Below are positions 1-9,831 of a stretch of 64,000 nucleotides of DNA, in pieces. How positions within the stretch are numbered: the first letter of the stretch is position 1; every line of letters starts with the position of its first letter. The position numbers and the translations under genes are program-made. The DNA lies in contig JAFZKK010000123.1 in NCBI GenBank assembly GCA_017551905.1, forward strand, positions 853-64,852. The letters are read 5' to 3'. Under the pieces are notes generated by a model that did not search any database, was not told the origin of the DNA, and worked only from the letters and a program-made list of their open reading frames with translations. The DNA comes from Salinivirgaceae bacterium (lineage in GTDB: Bacteria > Bacteroidota > Bacteroidia > Bacteroidales > SZUA-534).

Positions 1-78
1 CGTGTCGATGCCGTAGCCCTGAGCGCCCATCAGCGACTCGCCGCTGAGTTTCAATAAAATGCGTTTATATTTTGCCAT
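1..78 (-). CDS. pyrH: UMP kinase, N-terminal part (runs off window start)
   Basis: Reverse complement reads [26 protein letters not shown]; the KLSGE motif is characteristic of UMP kinase. Not in the ORF track. Confidence 0.9.
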   Translation of the reverse strand, partial: MAKYKRILLKLSGESLMGAQGYGIDT

Positions 79-314
79 ATCTTTTGTAATAAAAACGTGT
101 GAAGGTAAGTAAAAAATGAAACAATTCTATTTCGGAATGCAAAAGTTAGCGGCAAACACATTTAAAATCCCTTTACCGAAGCCAAAAACGCACAGCGCCC
201 ATATCGTTTTTTCACACTCCAATCGGTTAATAAGTTATGTAGAATTTTTGGCGGCGCGCTAAAAAAGCACTCTTTCGTCATTGTATTTTTATTGATAATT
301 TTTTCGGAACAGAT

Positions 315-1340
315 ATGTCGAAACAAATCAAAACACTTATAGCGATGACAGTTGTCGGGCTTGCAGCCTGCGTGCCGTCAAAACAATTTCAGGAGCTGAA
401 GGAGAAAAACGAGGCGATAGTTGCCGAACGCGACTCCGTTAAAAGTCTGAACGAAGACCTAACCGTAAAATCGACCGAGCTTGAAGCCCAGGTTGAGGAA
501 CTGAACAAGAAGTTGGAAACCGAAGCCGGAACGAAAGCCGTCATCCGCGACTCGGCGATGTTCTACCGCAAACAGTACAAGGTGTTTAAAACGATGTACG
601 ACGACTTGAGCGACGAACAGGAGAAACAGTCCACAAAAGACGAGTCGGAGATGCGTGAGTTGCTGGCCGACCTGCAGGTAAGCAAACAGGATTTGCTCGA
701 GAAAGAGCGCGACCTGAAAGCCAAGCAACAGGAGCTTGACGAGCGCGACGCCATTCTGGTGGCTCTCGACTCAAACCTCAACATGCAACGCCGCGAACTG
801 GCAGAGAAAAACCGCCGCGTTCAGGAGTTGGAAAATATTCTGAATCAGAAAGATTCATCAGTCAGAGCGCTGAAACAGAAAATCAGCCACGCGCTTTTAG
901 GATTTGAGGACAAAGGTCTGACCGTTGAGCAACGCAACGGCAAGGTGTATGTCACTATGGATGAGAAACTTCTGTTCAAATCGGGCAAGTGGGATGTTGA
1001 CCCGAAAGGCCAGGCCGCGCTGAAACAAATTGCCGAAGTGCTTGCCGCCAACACCGATGTCAACATAATGATTGAAGGCCACACCGACGATGTCCCGATG
1101 AAAGGCACCGGCGACATTCAAGACAACTGGGACTTGAGCGCCAAACGCGCCACAACTATTGTCAAATTGCTTGTCAACGAAGGCAAGATTGACGGCAAAC
1201 GAATTTCGGCTGCCGGACGCTCGCAGTATTCGCCCATCGACCCGGCAAAAACCTCTGAGGCACGCGCCAAAAACCGCCGCACAGAAATAATTCTCACTCC
1301 AAAACTCGACGAGATATTCCGAATTCTGGAAACGAATTAA
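315..1340 (+). CDS. OmpA/MotB-family peptidoglycan-binding lipoprotein with long coiled coil
   Basis: Lipobox LAAC; about 170 aa coiled coil; C-terminal IEGHTD...NWDLSAKRA...NRRTEI motifs. Confidence 0.85.
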   Translation: MSKQIKTLIAMTVVGLAACVPSKQFQELKEKNEAIVAERDSVKSLNEDLTVKSTELEAQVEELNKKLETEAGTKAVIRDSAMFYRKQYKVFKTMYDDLSDEQEKQSTKDESEMRELLADLQVSKQDLLEKERDLKAKQQELDERDAILVALDSNLNMQRRELAEKNRRVQELENILNQKDSSVRALKQKISHALLGFEDKGLTVEQRNGKVYVTMDEKLLFKSGKWDVDPKGQAALKQIAEVLAANTDVNIMIEGHTDDVPMKGTGDIQDNWDLSAKRATTIVKLLVNEGKIDGKRISAAGRSQYSPIDPAKTSEARAKNRRTEIILTPKLDEIFRILETN

Positions 1341-1343
1341 CTT

Positions 1344-1453
1344 AAGGCACAAGGCAATAGGCATAAGGCACTAGTATAATTACGAATTACGAAACGGTTA
1401 TTAAACAGCGAAGCGTTTCAACTTTAAACTTTAAACTCGATAACTTCTAACTT
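1344..1453. repeat. Mosaic 7-bp tandem intergenic repeats
   Basis: AAGGCAC AAGGCAA TAGGCAT AAGGCAC, then AATTACG x2 and ACTTTAA x2. Confidence 0.7.
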
Positions 1454-1455
1454 AT

Positions 1456-2340
1456 ATGGACCTTCTTAAAAACTTTCCGATGCCGTTCTCGGCTGCCGAC
1501 ATTGAGCAAAAGGTGTTTGATGCCAAAACCCGTTCAAAACAGCTTTTCGATGTTGAGCATTTGAAACTTGCGCTCAGCCTTATCGATTTGACTACGCTCA
1601 ACTCGGTTGACACGCAGGAAAAAGGCGCACGTTTTGCAAACAATGTCAACAACTTCCACGACAATTTCTCGGGCATACCTGATGTAGCCGCAATATGCGT
1701 CTATCCGTCGCTTGTTAAGACTGTGGCCACAACGCTGAAGCGTCCTGGTGTGGGCGTAGCTTCGGTTGCGGCTTGCTTCCCAGCATCGCAGTCGTTCATC
1801 GAGGTAAAGGCTCTGGAATGTAAAATGGCCGTTGAAGCTGGTGCCACCGACATCGATATCGTGATTTCGCAGGGCGCATGGCTTGCAAACGACTATCAGA
1901 CGGTGTTTGATGAGATTAAAGCCATAAAGGCCGCCGTTGGAAAGGCCCACCTCAAGGTGATTCTTGAAACTGGTGTGTTGCGCTCAGTTGAGGATATATG
2001 GAACGCAAGTATTGTTGCAATGGAGGCTGGCGCCGATTTCATAAAGACTTCTACCGGAAAACTTGAACCCGCCGCCACTCCGCAGGCTGTTTGCGTAATG
2101 TGCGAGGCCATAAAGGCTTACGCTGCAAAAACCGGACGCAAGGTGGGAATAAAACCTGCTGGCGGAATGTCAATTTCAGAAGACGCCTTGCTTTATATGG
2201 CTATTGTAGAGAATCTGTTGGGAGCCGAATGGCTTAACAATAAAATGTTCCGCTTGGGCGCAAGCCGTATGGCAAACAACATTCTAAAGGACATTGTCAG
2301 CATTGAGTCGGGCAAGGTTCAGGATGTTAAGTATTTCTAA
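1456..2340 (+). CDS. deoC: Deoxyribose-phosphate aldolase
   Basis: IDLTTL, LKVILETG, ADFIKTSTGK, GIKPAGG and RLGAS motifs. Confidence 0.95.
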   Translation: MDLLKNFPMPFSAADIEQKVFDAKTRSKQLFDVEHLKLALSLIDLTTLNSVDTQEKGARFANNVNNFHDNFSGIPDVAAICVYPSLVKTVATTLKRPGVGVASVAACFPASQSFIEVKALECKMAVEAGATDIDIVISQGAWLANDYQTVFDEIKAIKAAVGKAHLKVILETGVLRSVEDIWNASIVAMEAGADFIKTSTGKLEPAATPQAVCVMCEAIKAYAAKTGRKVGIKPAGGMSISEDALLYMAIVENLLGAEWLNNKMFRLGASRMANNILKDIVSIESGKVQDVKYF

Positions 2341-2367
2341 GAAACTATTTATTTTTCACACAGACGG

Positions 2368-2404
2368 AAAAGGGATTGCCCTCATTGCAGGACAATCCCT
2401 TTTT
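2368..2404. terminator. Bidirectional intrinsic terminator between convergent deoC and pyrF
   Basis: AAAAGGGATTG...CAATCCCTTTTT inverted repeat with A/T tails. Confidence 0.8.
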
Positions 2405-2424
2405 ATTTTGTGTGCCCGTTAAGG

Positions 2425-3252
2425 CTACTTGCAATATTTCTCCAGCATCACTTTCATCTCCGCTGCCACTGATTTGGCGGCTTCGGCGGCTTTTTCGGCA
2501 AAGTCGGTGCCGTTGCTTGCGTAGATGATGGCGCGCGATGAGTTGACAATCAGTCCGCACTTTGAGTTCATTCCGTAGCGGCAAACCTCCTCGAGAGAGC
2601 CACCCTGCGCACCAATGCCCGGCACAAGCAGAAAATGGTCGGGAACAATGTGGCGGATATCCTCGAACAGCCGGCCTTGGGTGGCTCCCACAACGTACAT
2701 TATCTGGTCGGCGGTGGCCCACGCCTGGCTTGTGCGCAAAACCTTCTCGAACAGACGCTCGCCATTGGCGTCGGCGGTGAGTTGGAAGTCGTGCGAGCCC
2801 TTGTTGCTTGTGAGCGCAAGCAGAATCACCCATTTGCCCTCGTAGGTCAAGAACGGGCTAACGCTGTCCTCGCCCATATACGGTGCCACGGTAACCGAAT
2901 CGATGTTCAGTTCCTCGAAAAACGAGCGGGCGTACATCGCGCTTGTGTTGCCGATGTCGCCGCGTTTGGCGTCGGCAATGATGAACTGGTCGGGATACTT
3001 TTCTTTCAGATATTTAATTGTCTTTTCGAACGAAATCCACCCCCGAACGCCCATACTCTCGTAGAAGGCAAGGTTCGGCTTGTAGGCGATGCAGTAGTCG
3101 GCTGTGGCGTCGATAATGGCCTTGTTGAAGGCGAAAATCGGGTCTTCGTCGCTCAGCAAATGAGCAGGCACTTTCTTAATGTCGGTATCGAGACCAACGC
3201 AAAGGAATGTCTGTTTTTTAGTAATCTGATTTACAATGTCTTGACGTGTCAT
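2425..3252 (-). CDS. pyrF: Orotidine-5'-phosphate decarboxylase
   Basis: [25 protein letters not shown] and [10 protein letters not shown] motifs. Confidence 0.97.
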   Translation of the reverse strand: MTRQDIVNQITKKQTFLCVGLDTDIKKVPAHLLSDEDPIFAFNKAIIDATADYCIAYKPNLAFYESMGVRGWISFEKTIKYLKEKYPDQFIIADAKRGDIGNTSAMYARSFFEELNIDSVTVAPYMGEDSVSPFLTYEGKWVILLALTSNKGSHDFQLTADANGERLFEKVLRTSQAWATADQIMYVVGATQGRLFEDIRHIVPDHFLLVPGIGAQGGSLEEVCRYGMNSKCGLIVNSSRAIIYASNGTDFAEKAAEAAKSVAAEMKVMLEKYCK

Positions 3253-3267
3253 ATTTTTAATTTTAAT

Positions 3268-4269
3268 TTAATATAAATCTGTTTTTTCGCACCAGTCTAT
3301 AAATTCGTCCATTACATCTTGCCAATGCATATTTTCATAATCAGATTTTCCATCAGGAAGAATTTGCTCAAAATTATGCCCGCAACCAATGAATGCGTGA
3401 ATTTTATAGTCGTGCTTGCCTTTCAATTCGAAAAACAATGGCAACAAGTCGCACATAGAAGCGCCATCATCTTCTGTTCCGAATGCAACATAGACAGGCA
3501 TTTTTAAATTGACAATATCGTCTACGAATGGTCTACTGAAACTGCGCCAAGTACGCTTTGTGTTTCCAGTCTCAAATTCAGTCGTATCTCTGCATACATT
3601 TTGCCACCACTCGTATTTTTCATCAATGTTCTTTTGCGCTATACTGTCGGTAATTATGCCATAACGAACAGCATTTCTTTGTTTCAGTATAAATTGGGAA
3701 TAACGGCCAAGAATATTAAAACTCAAACATCCAACAGCGTGAATATCAACATTCTGCAATCCAAGTTTCAATGCTACAAATGAGCCTTGCGAATGTCCGA
3801 CTGTGATTATTTTGTTTTTTTTCACCCACTCTTGCTGACGCAAAAATTTCAAAACAGCATTGCCGCGTTCCACATATTTTTCCAAATAGTCATTCTGCCT
3901 ATATTCCTCAACATAGTTACCTTTGGGCGTGTATTCGTATCTGTTATTAAGTTTTTCCTCATCCACACATATAGGAATGTTAGGCATTGATATTATCACA
4001 TAATGGTATCTGTCAAGATGTGAGAAAAAGTCGAAATTGCTCAAAGCGGATACCCACTTTTCGCCTTGGCTATTTATTACAACGGGGACTGGCAGTGAGC
4101 CTTGACAAAAAATAATAGTCGGCTTTTCTACGTTGTCTTTGGCTATTCTTATGAATGATATGGTGTCATTGCCTTCGGTTATGGAATAATTGGTTATAAA
4201 ATCGGAATCATTGCCACTTGCAAAAAAGTGAAACAATATCAGCAATGCGACAAATATGCTCTTTTTCAT
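3268..4269 (-). CDS. Secreted alpha/beta-fold hydrolase, AT-rich
   Basis: Signal peptide; GHSQG nucleophile elbow; candidate Asp (GTEDD) and His (GCGHNF). Confidence 0.7.
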   Translation of the reverse strand: MKKSIFVALLILFHFFASGNDSDFITNYSITEGNDTISFIRIAKDNVEKPTIIFCQGSLPVPVVINSQGEKWVSALSNFDFFSHLDRYHYVIISMPNIPICVDEEKLNNRYEYTPKGNYVEEYRQNDYLEKYVERGNAVLKFLRQQEWVKKNKIITVGHSQGSFVALKLGLQNVDIHAVGCLSFNILGRYSQFILKQRNAVRYGIITDSIAQKNIDEKYEWWQNVCRDTTEFETGNTKRTWRSFSRPFVDDIVNLKMPVYVAFGTEDDGASMCDLLPLFFELKGKHDYKIHAFIGCGHNFEQILPDGKSDYENMHWQDVMDEFIDWCEKTDLY

Positions 4270-4299
4270 AAGAAACCTATTCCGTTCTTTTGCAATTAT

Positions 4300-5412
4300 T
4301 TACAAATCCGCCTCCTTCAGTCGCTCGGCATTTTCAGCCACAATCAGGTGGTCGATGCAGTCCTGAATGTCGCCGTTCACAAAGGCGTCGAGATTATAGA
4401 TTGTGTAGTTGATGCGGTGGTCGGTGATTCGGCCCTGCGGATAGTTGTAGGTGCGGATTTTGGCCGAACGGTCGCCGGTTGAGACCATTGTCTTGCGGCG
4501 CGAAGCAATGTCGTCGATATATTTCTGGTGCTCCTTGTCGTAGATGAAGGTACGCAGACGGCTCAACGCGCGCTCTTTGTTCTTTGGCTGGTCGCGGGTT
4601 TCGGTACACTCAATCAGTATCTCGTCAACCACACCGGTAATGGGGTTTTTCCAATTGTAACGCAACCGCACACCCGACTCCACCTTGTTCACGTTCTGAC
4701 CGCCAGCGCCGCTCGAACGGAAAGTGTCCCACTTGATTTCGCCTTCGTTAATCTGCACGTCGAACTCGTCGGCCTCGGGCAGCACGGCCACCGTTGCCGC
4801 CGATGTGTGGACGCGACCCTGCGTTTCGGTCACGGGCACGCGCTGAACGCGATGCACGCCCGACTCGTATTTTAGTGTGCCATAGACACTTGTGCCCGTT
4901 ACGCGCGCCACAATCTCTTTGTAGCCGCCGCTCGCTCCCTCGCTGCAACTCGACACCTCGAGTTTCCAGCCTTTCGACTCGCAGTACTTGGTGTACATTC
5001 GGAACAGGTCGCCAGCAAACAGCGCGGCCTCGTCGCCGCCCGTGCCGCCGCGGATTTCAAGAATGGCGTTCTTGTCGTCTTCGGGGTCCGACGGCAGCAG
5101 CAGCAGTTTGATTTCCTCCTCCATTGGCGCCACCTTCGGCTCGTTCTCGTCGAGTTCCATTTTGGCCATTTCGCGCATTTCGTCGTCCTTCTCGGTATTC
5201 AGAATGGTGCGCGCCTCCTCAATATTGGAAATCAGCGTTTTGTATTTCTTGTAAACCTCAACAATTGGCTCAAGGTGCTTGTACTCCTTGTTGAGTTTCA
5301 CAAACCGCTTCACGTCGGCAATAACTTCAGGGTCAGTTATTTGCTGCGCCGTCTCCTCGAACCGGATTTTTATTGCTTCAAGTTTTTCTAAAAGTGTATT
5401 TTCTGTTGCCAT
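4300..5412 (-). CDS. prfA: Peptide chain release factor 1
   Basis: GGQ motif (GAGGQNVNK), PVT recognition loop (RVPVTE), YNYPQGR. Start taken at ATG 5412. Confidence 0.97.
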   Translation of the reverse strand: MATENTLLEKLEAIKIRFEETAQQITDPEVIADVKRFVKLNKEYKHLEPIVEVYKKYKTLISNIEEARTILNTEKDDEMREMAKMELDENEPKVAPMEEEIKLLLLPSDPEDDKNAILEIRGGTGGDEAALFAGDLFRMYTKYCESKGWKLEVSSCSEGASGGYKEIVARVTGTSVYGTLKYESGVHRVQRVPVTETQGRVHTSAATVAVLPEADEFDVQINEGEIKWDTFRSSGAGGQNVNKVESGVRLRYNWKNPITGVVDEILIECTETRDQPKNKERALSRLRTFIYDKEHQKYIDDIASRRKTMVSTGDRSAKIRTYNYPQGRITDHRINYTIYNLDAFVNGDIQDCIDHLIVAENAERLKEADL

Positions 5413-5436
5413 AATCAATTTTGGTTATTAAGCAGC

Positions 5437-5468
5437 CATTCAATTAATCAATCCTTCAGTTAATCAAT
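5437..5468. repeat. 8-bp tandem intergenic repeat
   Basis: CATTCAAT TAATCAAT CCTTCAGT TAATCAAT; a related copy lies at 63484-63515. Confidence 0.6.
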
Positions 5469-6637
5469 CAATAAGTAAACTCCCCAAACTCGCTCTTGAT
5501 TGTGAGCCAGGTGTGGTCCGACGGTTCGATGCGGCCGATGATTTGCGCGTCGATGCCGAACGATTTTGAGATTTCGATGACCTTCTGCGCGTCCGCTGCG
5601 TCGAGATAGACTTCAAGGCGGTGGCCCATATTGAAGACCTTGTACATTTCGCGCCAGTCGGTGCCGCTCTGCTCTTTGATGGTGCGGAACAGCGGCGGAA
5701 CGGGGAACAGATTGTCTTTCACAACGTGCACGCCGTCAACAAAATGCAGCACTTTGGTCTGCGCGCCGCCCGAGCAGTGCACCATTCCGTGGATGGCGGG
5801 GCGCAACTCGTCCAGCAGGCGCTTGACAACGGGCGCGTAGGTGCGTGTGGGCGACAGAACCAGTTTGCCAGCGTCGAGTGGTGAGCCTTCAACCTTGTCG
5901 GTGAGTTTCAGATTGCCGCTGTAAACCAACTCGTCGGGCACGGCGGCATCGTAACTTTCAGGATATTTTTCGGCCAGATATTTGGCGAACACATCGTGGC
6001 GGGCGCTTGTCAGGCCGTTGCTGCCCATACCGCCGTTGTATTCCTTCTCGTAGGTGGCCTGTCCGAACGATGCAAGGCCCACAATCACATCGCCAGCCTT
6101 GATGTTGGCGTTGTTGATGACATCGGCGCGGCGCATACGGCAGGTTACCGTGCTGTCGACAATAATGGTGCGCACAAGGTCGCCCACATCGGCAGTCTCA
6201 CCGCCGGTGGCATACACGCCCACGCCCATTTCGCGCAGTTCGGCAAGCAGTTCGTCGGTGCCGTTGATGATGGCCGAAATCACCTCGCCAGGCACGAGCA
6301 TTTTGTTGCGGCCTATAGTGCTCGATACCAATATGTTATCGACCGCGCCCACGCAGAGCAGGTCGTCGATGTTCATAATCAGCGCGTCTTGCGCAATGCC
6401 CTTCCAGACGCTCAAATCGCCCGTCTCTTTCCAGTACAGGTAGGCCAGGCTCGACTTGGTTCCAGCGCCGTCGGCGTGCATAATGTTGCAGTAGTCGGGG
6501 TCGCCGCCCAAAATGTCGGGGATAATCTTGCAGAAAGCCTTGGGATACAGGCCTTTGTCGATGTTTTTGATGGCGTTGTGCACGTCTTCTTTCGATGCCG
6601 AAACGCCGCGCAGATTGTATCTTTCAGAATTGCTCAT
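5468..6637 (-). CDS. purM: Phosphoribosylformylglycinamidine cyclo-ligase (AIR synthase, Bacteroidetes type)
   Basis: HADGAGTKS, GGETADVG, GSNGLT and VFNMGHR motifs; conserved purM-prfA-pyrF context. Confidence 0.92.
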   Translation of the reverse strand: MSNSERYNLRGVSASKEDVHNAIKNIDKGLYPKAFCKIIPDILGGDPDYCNIMHADGAGTKSSLAYLYWKETGDLSVWKGIAQDALIMNIDDLLCVGAVDNILVSSTIGRNKMLVPGEVISAIINGTDELLAELREMGVGVYATGGETADVGDLVRTIIVDSTVTCRMRRADVINNANIKAGDVIVGLASFGQATYEKEYNGGMGSNGLTSARHDVFAKYLAEKYPESYDAAVPDELVYSGNLKLTDKVEGSPLDAGKLVLSPTRTYAPVVKRLLDELRPAIHGMVHCSGGAQTKVLHFVDGVHVVKDNLFPVPPLFRTIKEQSGTDWREMYKVFNMGHRLEVYLDAADAQKVIEISKSFGIDAQIIGRIEPSDHTWLTIKSEFGEFTY

Positions 6638-6659
6638 ATCGATATTAAATCAAGTTATC

Positions 6660-7637
6660 TTATTGAAAATGAACCATAAGGAATGTGCTGATAATCAGCA
6701 GCAGGAACGCCAGTTCGCCCAAAGCGTTGCGCCTTATCTGCATAAAATAGAGCGATGCGATGAAGGCTAACGACATTGCGGGGAAAACGGCCATTGTGAG
6801 TCCCGCGCACGGTATCAGGAAAAATCCCGCTACCGAAATGATTATCAGCCAGATAAACAGCGTGAAATACTTGCGCGTCGTCACCTTGTACATACGGATG
6901 TACTGCGTCATTGTGAGCAGCGCCACAAGCGTGAAAAGCGCCATAAATCCGACCGCCGAATATTGCACAATCGACAGTTTTACAGTGAAATGCTGCGTTA
7001 TGCCAATCTGTTCCATTCGCTGCCAGAACTGTGCGGGCTCGTCAATCATAAACATTCCGAAAAGGTAGAAGACGAACGGCACCACAAAGCCCAAAACCGA
7101 CGCCAGAAACTCGCGGATGTCGAAGAACCGCATTATGAACTGCGTGGCGAAGATGAAGAGAGTCATTGCCACCAGCGGCGGGAACAGCAGCGTGCCGATG
7201 CCGATAAGCAGCCCCGCCTCGAAGTAGAGCCGTTTCTGTTCGGGAACGCGCTCGCTGTCGAGTGTGCGCACCATTGCCATAAGCAGGAAAAGGTTGCCCA
7301 AAAGCGCGGGCAGCAGGTTGTAGTTGCGCGAGAAAAGGCTGATTATCAGCACGAAAAACAACGGTGGCATAATCACCTTGTCCTCGACAATGATGAACCG
7401 CAAGTCGATGCGCAGCAGCAGAAACGCCTCAATCAGCATTAGCGCGAAGGCAATCATTTGCGACACCCACGGATTTGGCAGCAGCCAGCCCTGCAGGTCG
7501 CGGTAGAGCACCGAACCCTCGGCAATGGGCGGTGTCCACTGCGGGTTGCAGAAGATGGGCAGCCACAGCAGCGCCGCCACGATTATCGTGAACAGGTGCA
7601 TTACGGGCGAGTTGCTCTTGTACAGTTTTAATAGCAT
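6660..7637 (-). CDS. Multi-pass membrane protein (DUF6427-like)
   Basis: About 9-10 hydrophobic helices; typical Bacteroidetes gene downstream of purD. Confidence 0.65.
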   Translation of the reverse strand: MLLKLYKSNSPVMHLFTIIVAALLWLPIFCNPQWTPPIAEGSVLYRDLQGWLLPNPWVSQMIAFALMLIEAFLLLRIDLRFIIVEDKVIMPPLFFVLIISLFSRNYNLLPALLGNLFLLMAMVRTLDSERVPEQKRLYFEAGLLIGIGTLLFPPLVAMTLFIFATQFIMRFFDIREFLASVLGFVVPFVFYLFGMFMIDEPAQFWQRMEQIGITQHFTVKLSIVQYSAVGFMALFTLVALLTMTQYIRMYKVTTRKYFTLFIWLIIISVAGFFLIPCAGLTMAVFPAMSLAFIASLYFMQIRRNALGELAFLLLIISTFLMVHFQ

Positions 7638-7640
7638 ATC

Positions 7641-8918
7641 TTACAGATTTTGAAGGTCTTGACCGATGTCGCGGCGGAAATATGCGCCGTCGAATTTGAT
7701 GTTGCCGATGCTGCGGTACGACTTGTCGAGAGCGGGCTGAATGCCGCCTGCAAGCGATGTCACAGCCAGAACGCGGCCGCCGTCGGTGAGCACGCGGCCA
7801 CCTTCGGGCTTGGTGCCAGCGTGGAAAACGGTGCTCTCGGTAACATTCTCAATACCAGTTATTTCGAAGCCTTTCTTGTAACTCTCGGGGTATCCGCCTG
7901 ACACCATAACAACCGTGATGGCCGTCTCGGCTTTCATTGCGGCTTTGCGGCCAGCCAGTTTGCGCTGCGCGGTGGCCTCAAGCAGGTCGAGCAGGTCGCA
8001 GTCCAAACGCGGAATCACAACCTCGGTTTCGGGGTCGCCCATACGGACGTTATATTCAATAACATACGGGTCGGTGCCGCATTTAATCAGGCCAAAGAAT
8101 ATGAAGCCGCGATAATCGATGTTGTCGGCTTGTAAACCCTTGATTGTCGGCTCAATGATGCGCGTGATGACCTTCTGTTTGAACTCGTCGGTGCAGAACG
8201 GAACGGGCGAAACGGCGCCCATACCGCCTGTGTTCAGGCCCGTGTCGTGCTCGCCAATGCGCTTGTAGTCTTTGGCCTCGGGCAGCAGCACGTAGTCGCG
8301 GCCGTCCGTCAGCACAAAGAACGAGCACTCGATGCCCGACAGAAACTCTTCAATCACAACCTTTGCCGATGCCGACCCGAACTGTCCGTCCAGCATTTCG
8401 GCAAGCGACTGTTGCGCCTCTTTCAAATCGTTGATAATCAGCACACCTTTGCCCGCTGCCAGACCGTCGGCTTTCAGCACGTAAGGGGCTTTCAGCGTCT
8501 CAAGAAAACGTTGGCCGTCGGCTAAAGTTTCCTTTGTGAAACTGCGATAGGCGGCCGTCGGGATGCCGTGGCGCTGCATAAACTGTTTGGCGAATTCCTT
8601 GCTGCCTTCCAATTGTGCGCCCTCGGCCGAAGCGCCCACCACGCCAACGTTCTTTGTGGTGGCGTCGTTGGCCAGAAAATCGGCGATGCCCTTCACGAGC
8701 GGCTCTTCGGGTCCGACAACCACAAGGTCGATTTTCGAGTCAACCACAAACTTCTTAATAGCCTCAAAATCAGTGGCTTTTATTGCAACATTGGTGCCCA
8801 CGGCAGCCGTTCCCGCGTTGCCAGGCGCAATGAATAGTTGACTGATGCGTTTGCTTTGCGCGATTTTCCACGCAATGGCGTGCTCGCGGCCGCCAGAACC
8901 GATTACTAAAACGTTCAT
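7641..8918 (-). CDS. purD: Phosphoribosylamine--glycine ligase
   Basis: GSGGREHA, LEGSKEFAK, KADGLAAGKGV, NTGGMGA and EYNVRMGDPE motifs. Confidence 0.97.
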   Translation of the reverse strand: MNVLVIGSGGREHAIAWKIAQSKRISQLFIAPGNAGTAAVGTNVAIKATDFEAIKKFVVDSKIDLVVVGPEEPLVKGIADFLANDATTKNVGVVGASAEGAQLEGSKEFAKQFMQRHGIPTAAYRSFTKETLADGQRFLETLKAPYVLKADGLAAGKGVLIINDLKEAQQSLAEMLDGQFGSASAKVVIEEFLSGIECSFFVLTDGRDYVLLPEAKDYKRIGEHDTGLNTGGMGAVSPVPFCTDEFKQKVITRIIEPTIKGLQADNIDYRGFIFFGLIKCGTDPYVIEYNVRMGDPETEVVIPRLDCDLLDLLEATAQRKLAGRKAAMKAETAITVVMVSGGYPESYKKGFEITGIENVTESTVFHAGTKPEGGRVLTDGGRVLAVTSLAGGIQPALDKSYRSIGNIKFDGAYFRRDIGQDLQNL

Positions 8919-9671
8919 TTACTTATTTTTAAATAGTTTGAGAATTTGTTCAAGGTCTTCGGGCGTGTCAACCGACAGCCCCTCGTCGTTGGTCTTTGCC
9001 GTCTGAATCTGATAGCCGTTTTCGAGCCACCGCAGTTGCTCAAGCGATTCGGCCGTCTCAAGGCTACTCTTGCCCAACTTTGTGATTTCCAGCAAGATGT
9101 CTTTCCGATAGCCGTACATTCCGATGTGTTGGAAGAAAGCGTGTTTCGACAGCCACTCTTTCGGCTCGCAGCCGCGGATGTGCGGAATGGTCTGACGGCT
9201 GAACAGCAGCGCGCGTCCGTTCTTGTCCACAACCACCTTCGGCTTGTTGGGGTTGAAGAGAGTCTGTTCGTCCTCAACGGGCTTGATGAGCGTGGCAATC
9301 TGCACGTTGGCGTCGTCGAACAATCCCGCCAGCAGGTTAATCTGCCTTTCGGCGATGAATGGCTCGTCGCCCTGAATGTTGATGACCACGTCAACCGCCT
9401 GCCCGTACGATTGCTCGTATTTGAGCACGGCCTCGGCGCAGCGGTCGGTGCCGCTCGGGTGCTTGTCCGACGTCATAACAACACGGCCGCCAAACGCCAC
9501 CACAGCGTCGTAGATGCGTTGGTCGTCGGTGGCCACAACCACATGCTCAAGCGCCTTCGACGCCTGTTCAAAGACACGCTGCACCATTGGTTTGCCGCCA
9601 ATGTCGGCCAACGGCTTGCCCGGAAACCGCGACGACGCGTAACGGGCGGGAATGATACCTAAAATGACCAT
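8919..9671 (-). CDS. kdsB: 3-deoxy-manno-octulosonate cytidylyltransferase
   Basis: IIPARYASSRFPGKPL, SGTDR, NIQGDEP and LEQLRWLE motifs. Start at ATG 9671 is supported by the upstream promoter element. Confidence 0.96.
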   Translation of the reverse strand: MVILGIIPARYASSRFPGKPLADIGGKPMVQRVFEQASKALEHVVVATDDQRIYDAVVAFGGRVVMTSDKHPSGTDRCAEAVLKYEQSYGQAVDVVINIQGDEPFIAERQINLLAGLFDDANVQIATLIKPVEDEQTLFNPNKPKVVVDKNGRALLFSRQTIPHIRGCEPKEWLSKHAFFQHIGMYGYRKDILLEITKLGKSSLETAESLEQLRWLENGYQIQTAKTNDEGLSVDTPEDLEQILKLFKNK

Positions 9672-9689
9672 ATTCCAGATAGTTTGGTG

Positions 9690-9697
9690 CAAAAGTA
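9690..9697 (-). promoter_or_regulatory. Bacteroidetes -7 promoter element for the kdsB-purD-purM-prfA-pyrF run
   Basis: TACTTTTG on the minus strand matches TAnnTTTG, 18 nt before the kdsB ATG. Confidence 0.6.
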
Positions 9698-9831
9698 GAA
9701 AATATTTGGGTATTAGGTGTTGGGTATTGGGTGCTGAGACATAAGGATATTTATCAACCGGATTTCAATCTTTTCAAAGCCGATAATCGTTTGCGATTGA
9801 AAAATACTTAGATTTGTAAGATTAATACTCG

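Noticed and set aside
8915-9662. Alternative-frame and antisense ORFs over kdsB
   Set aside because: Overlap a confident housekeeping gene and have no motifs.
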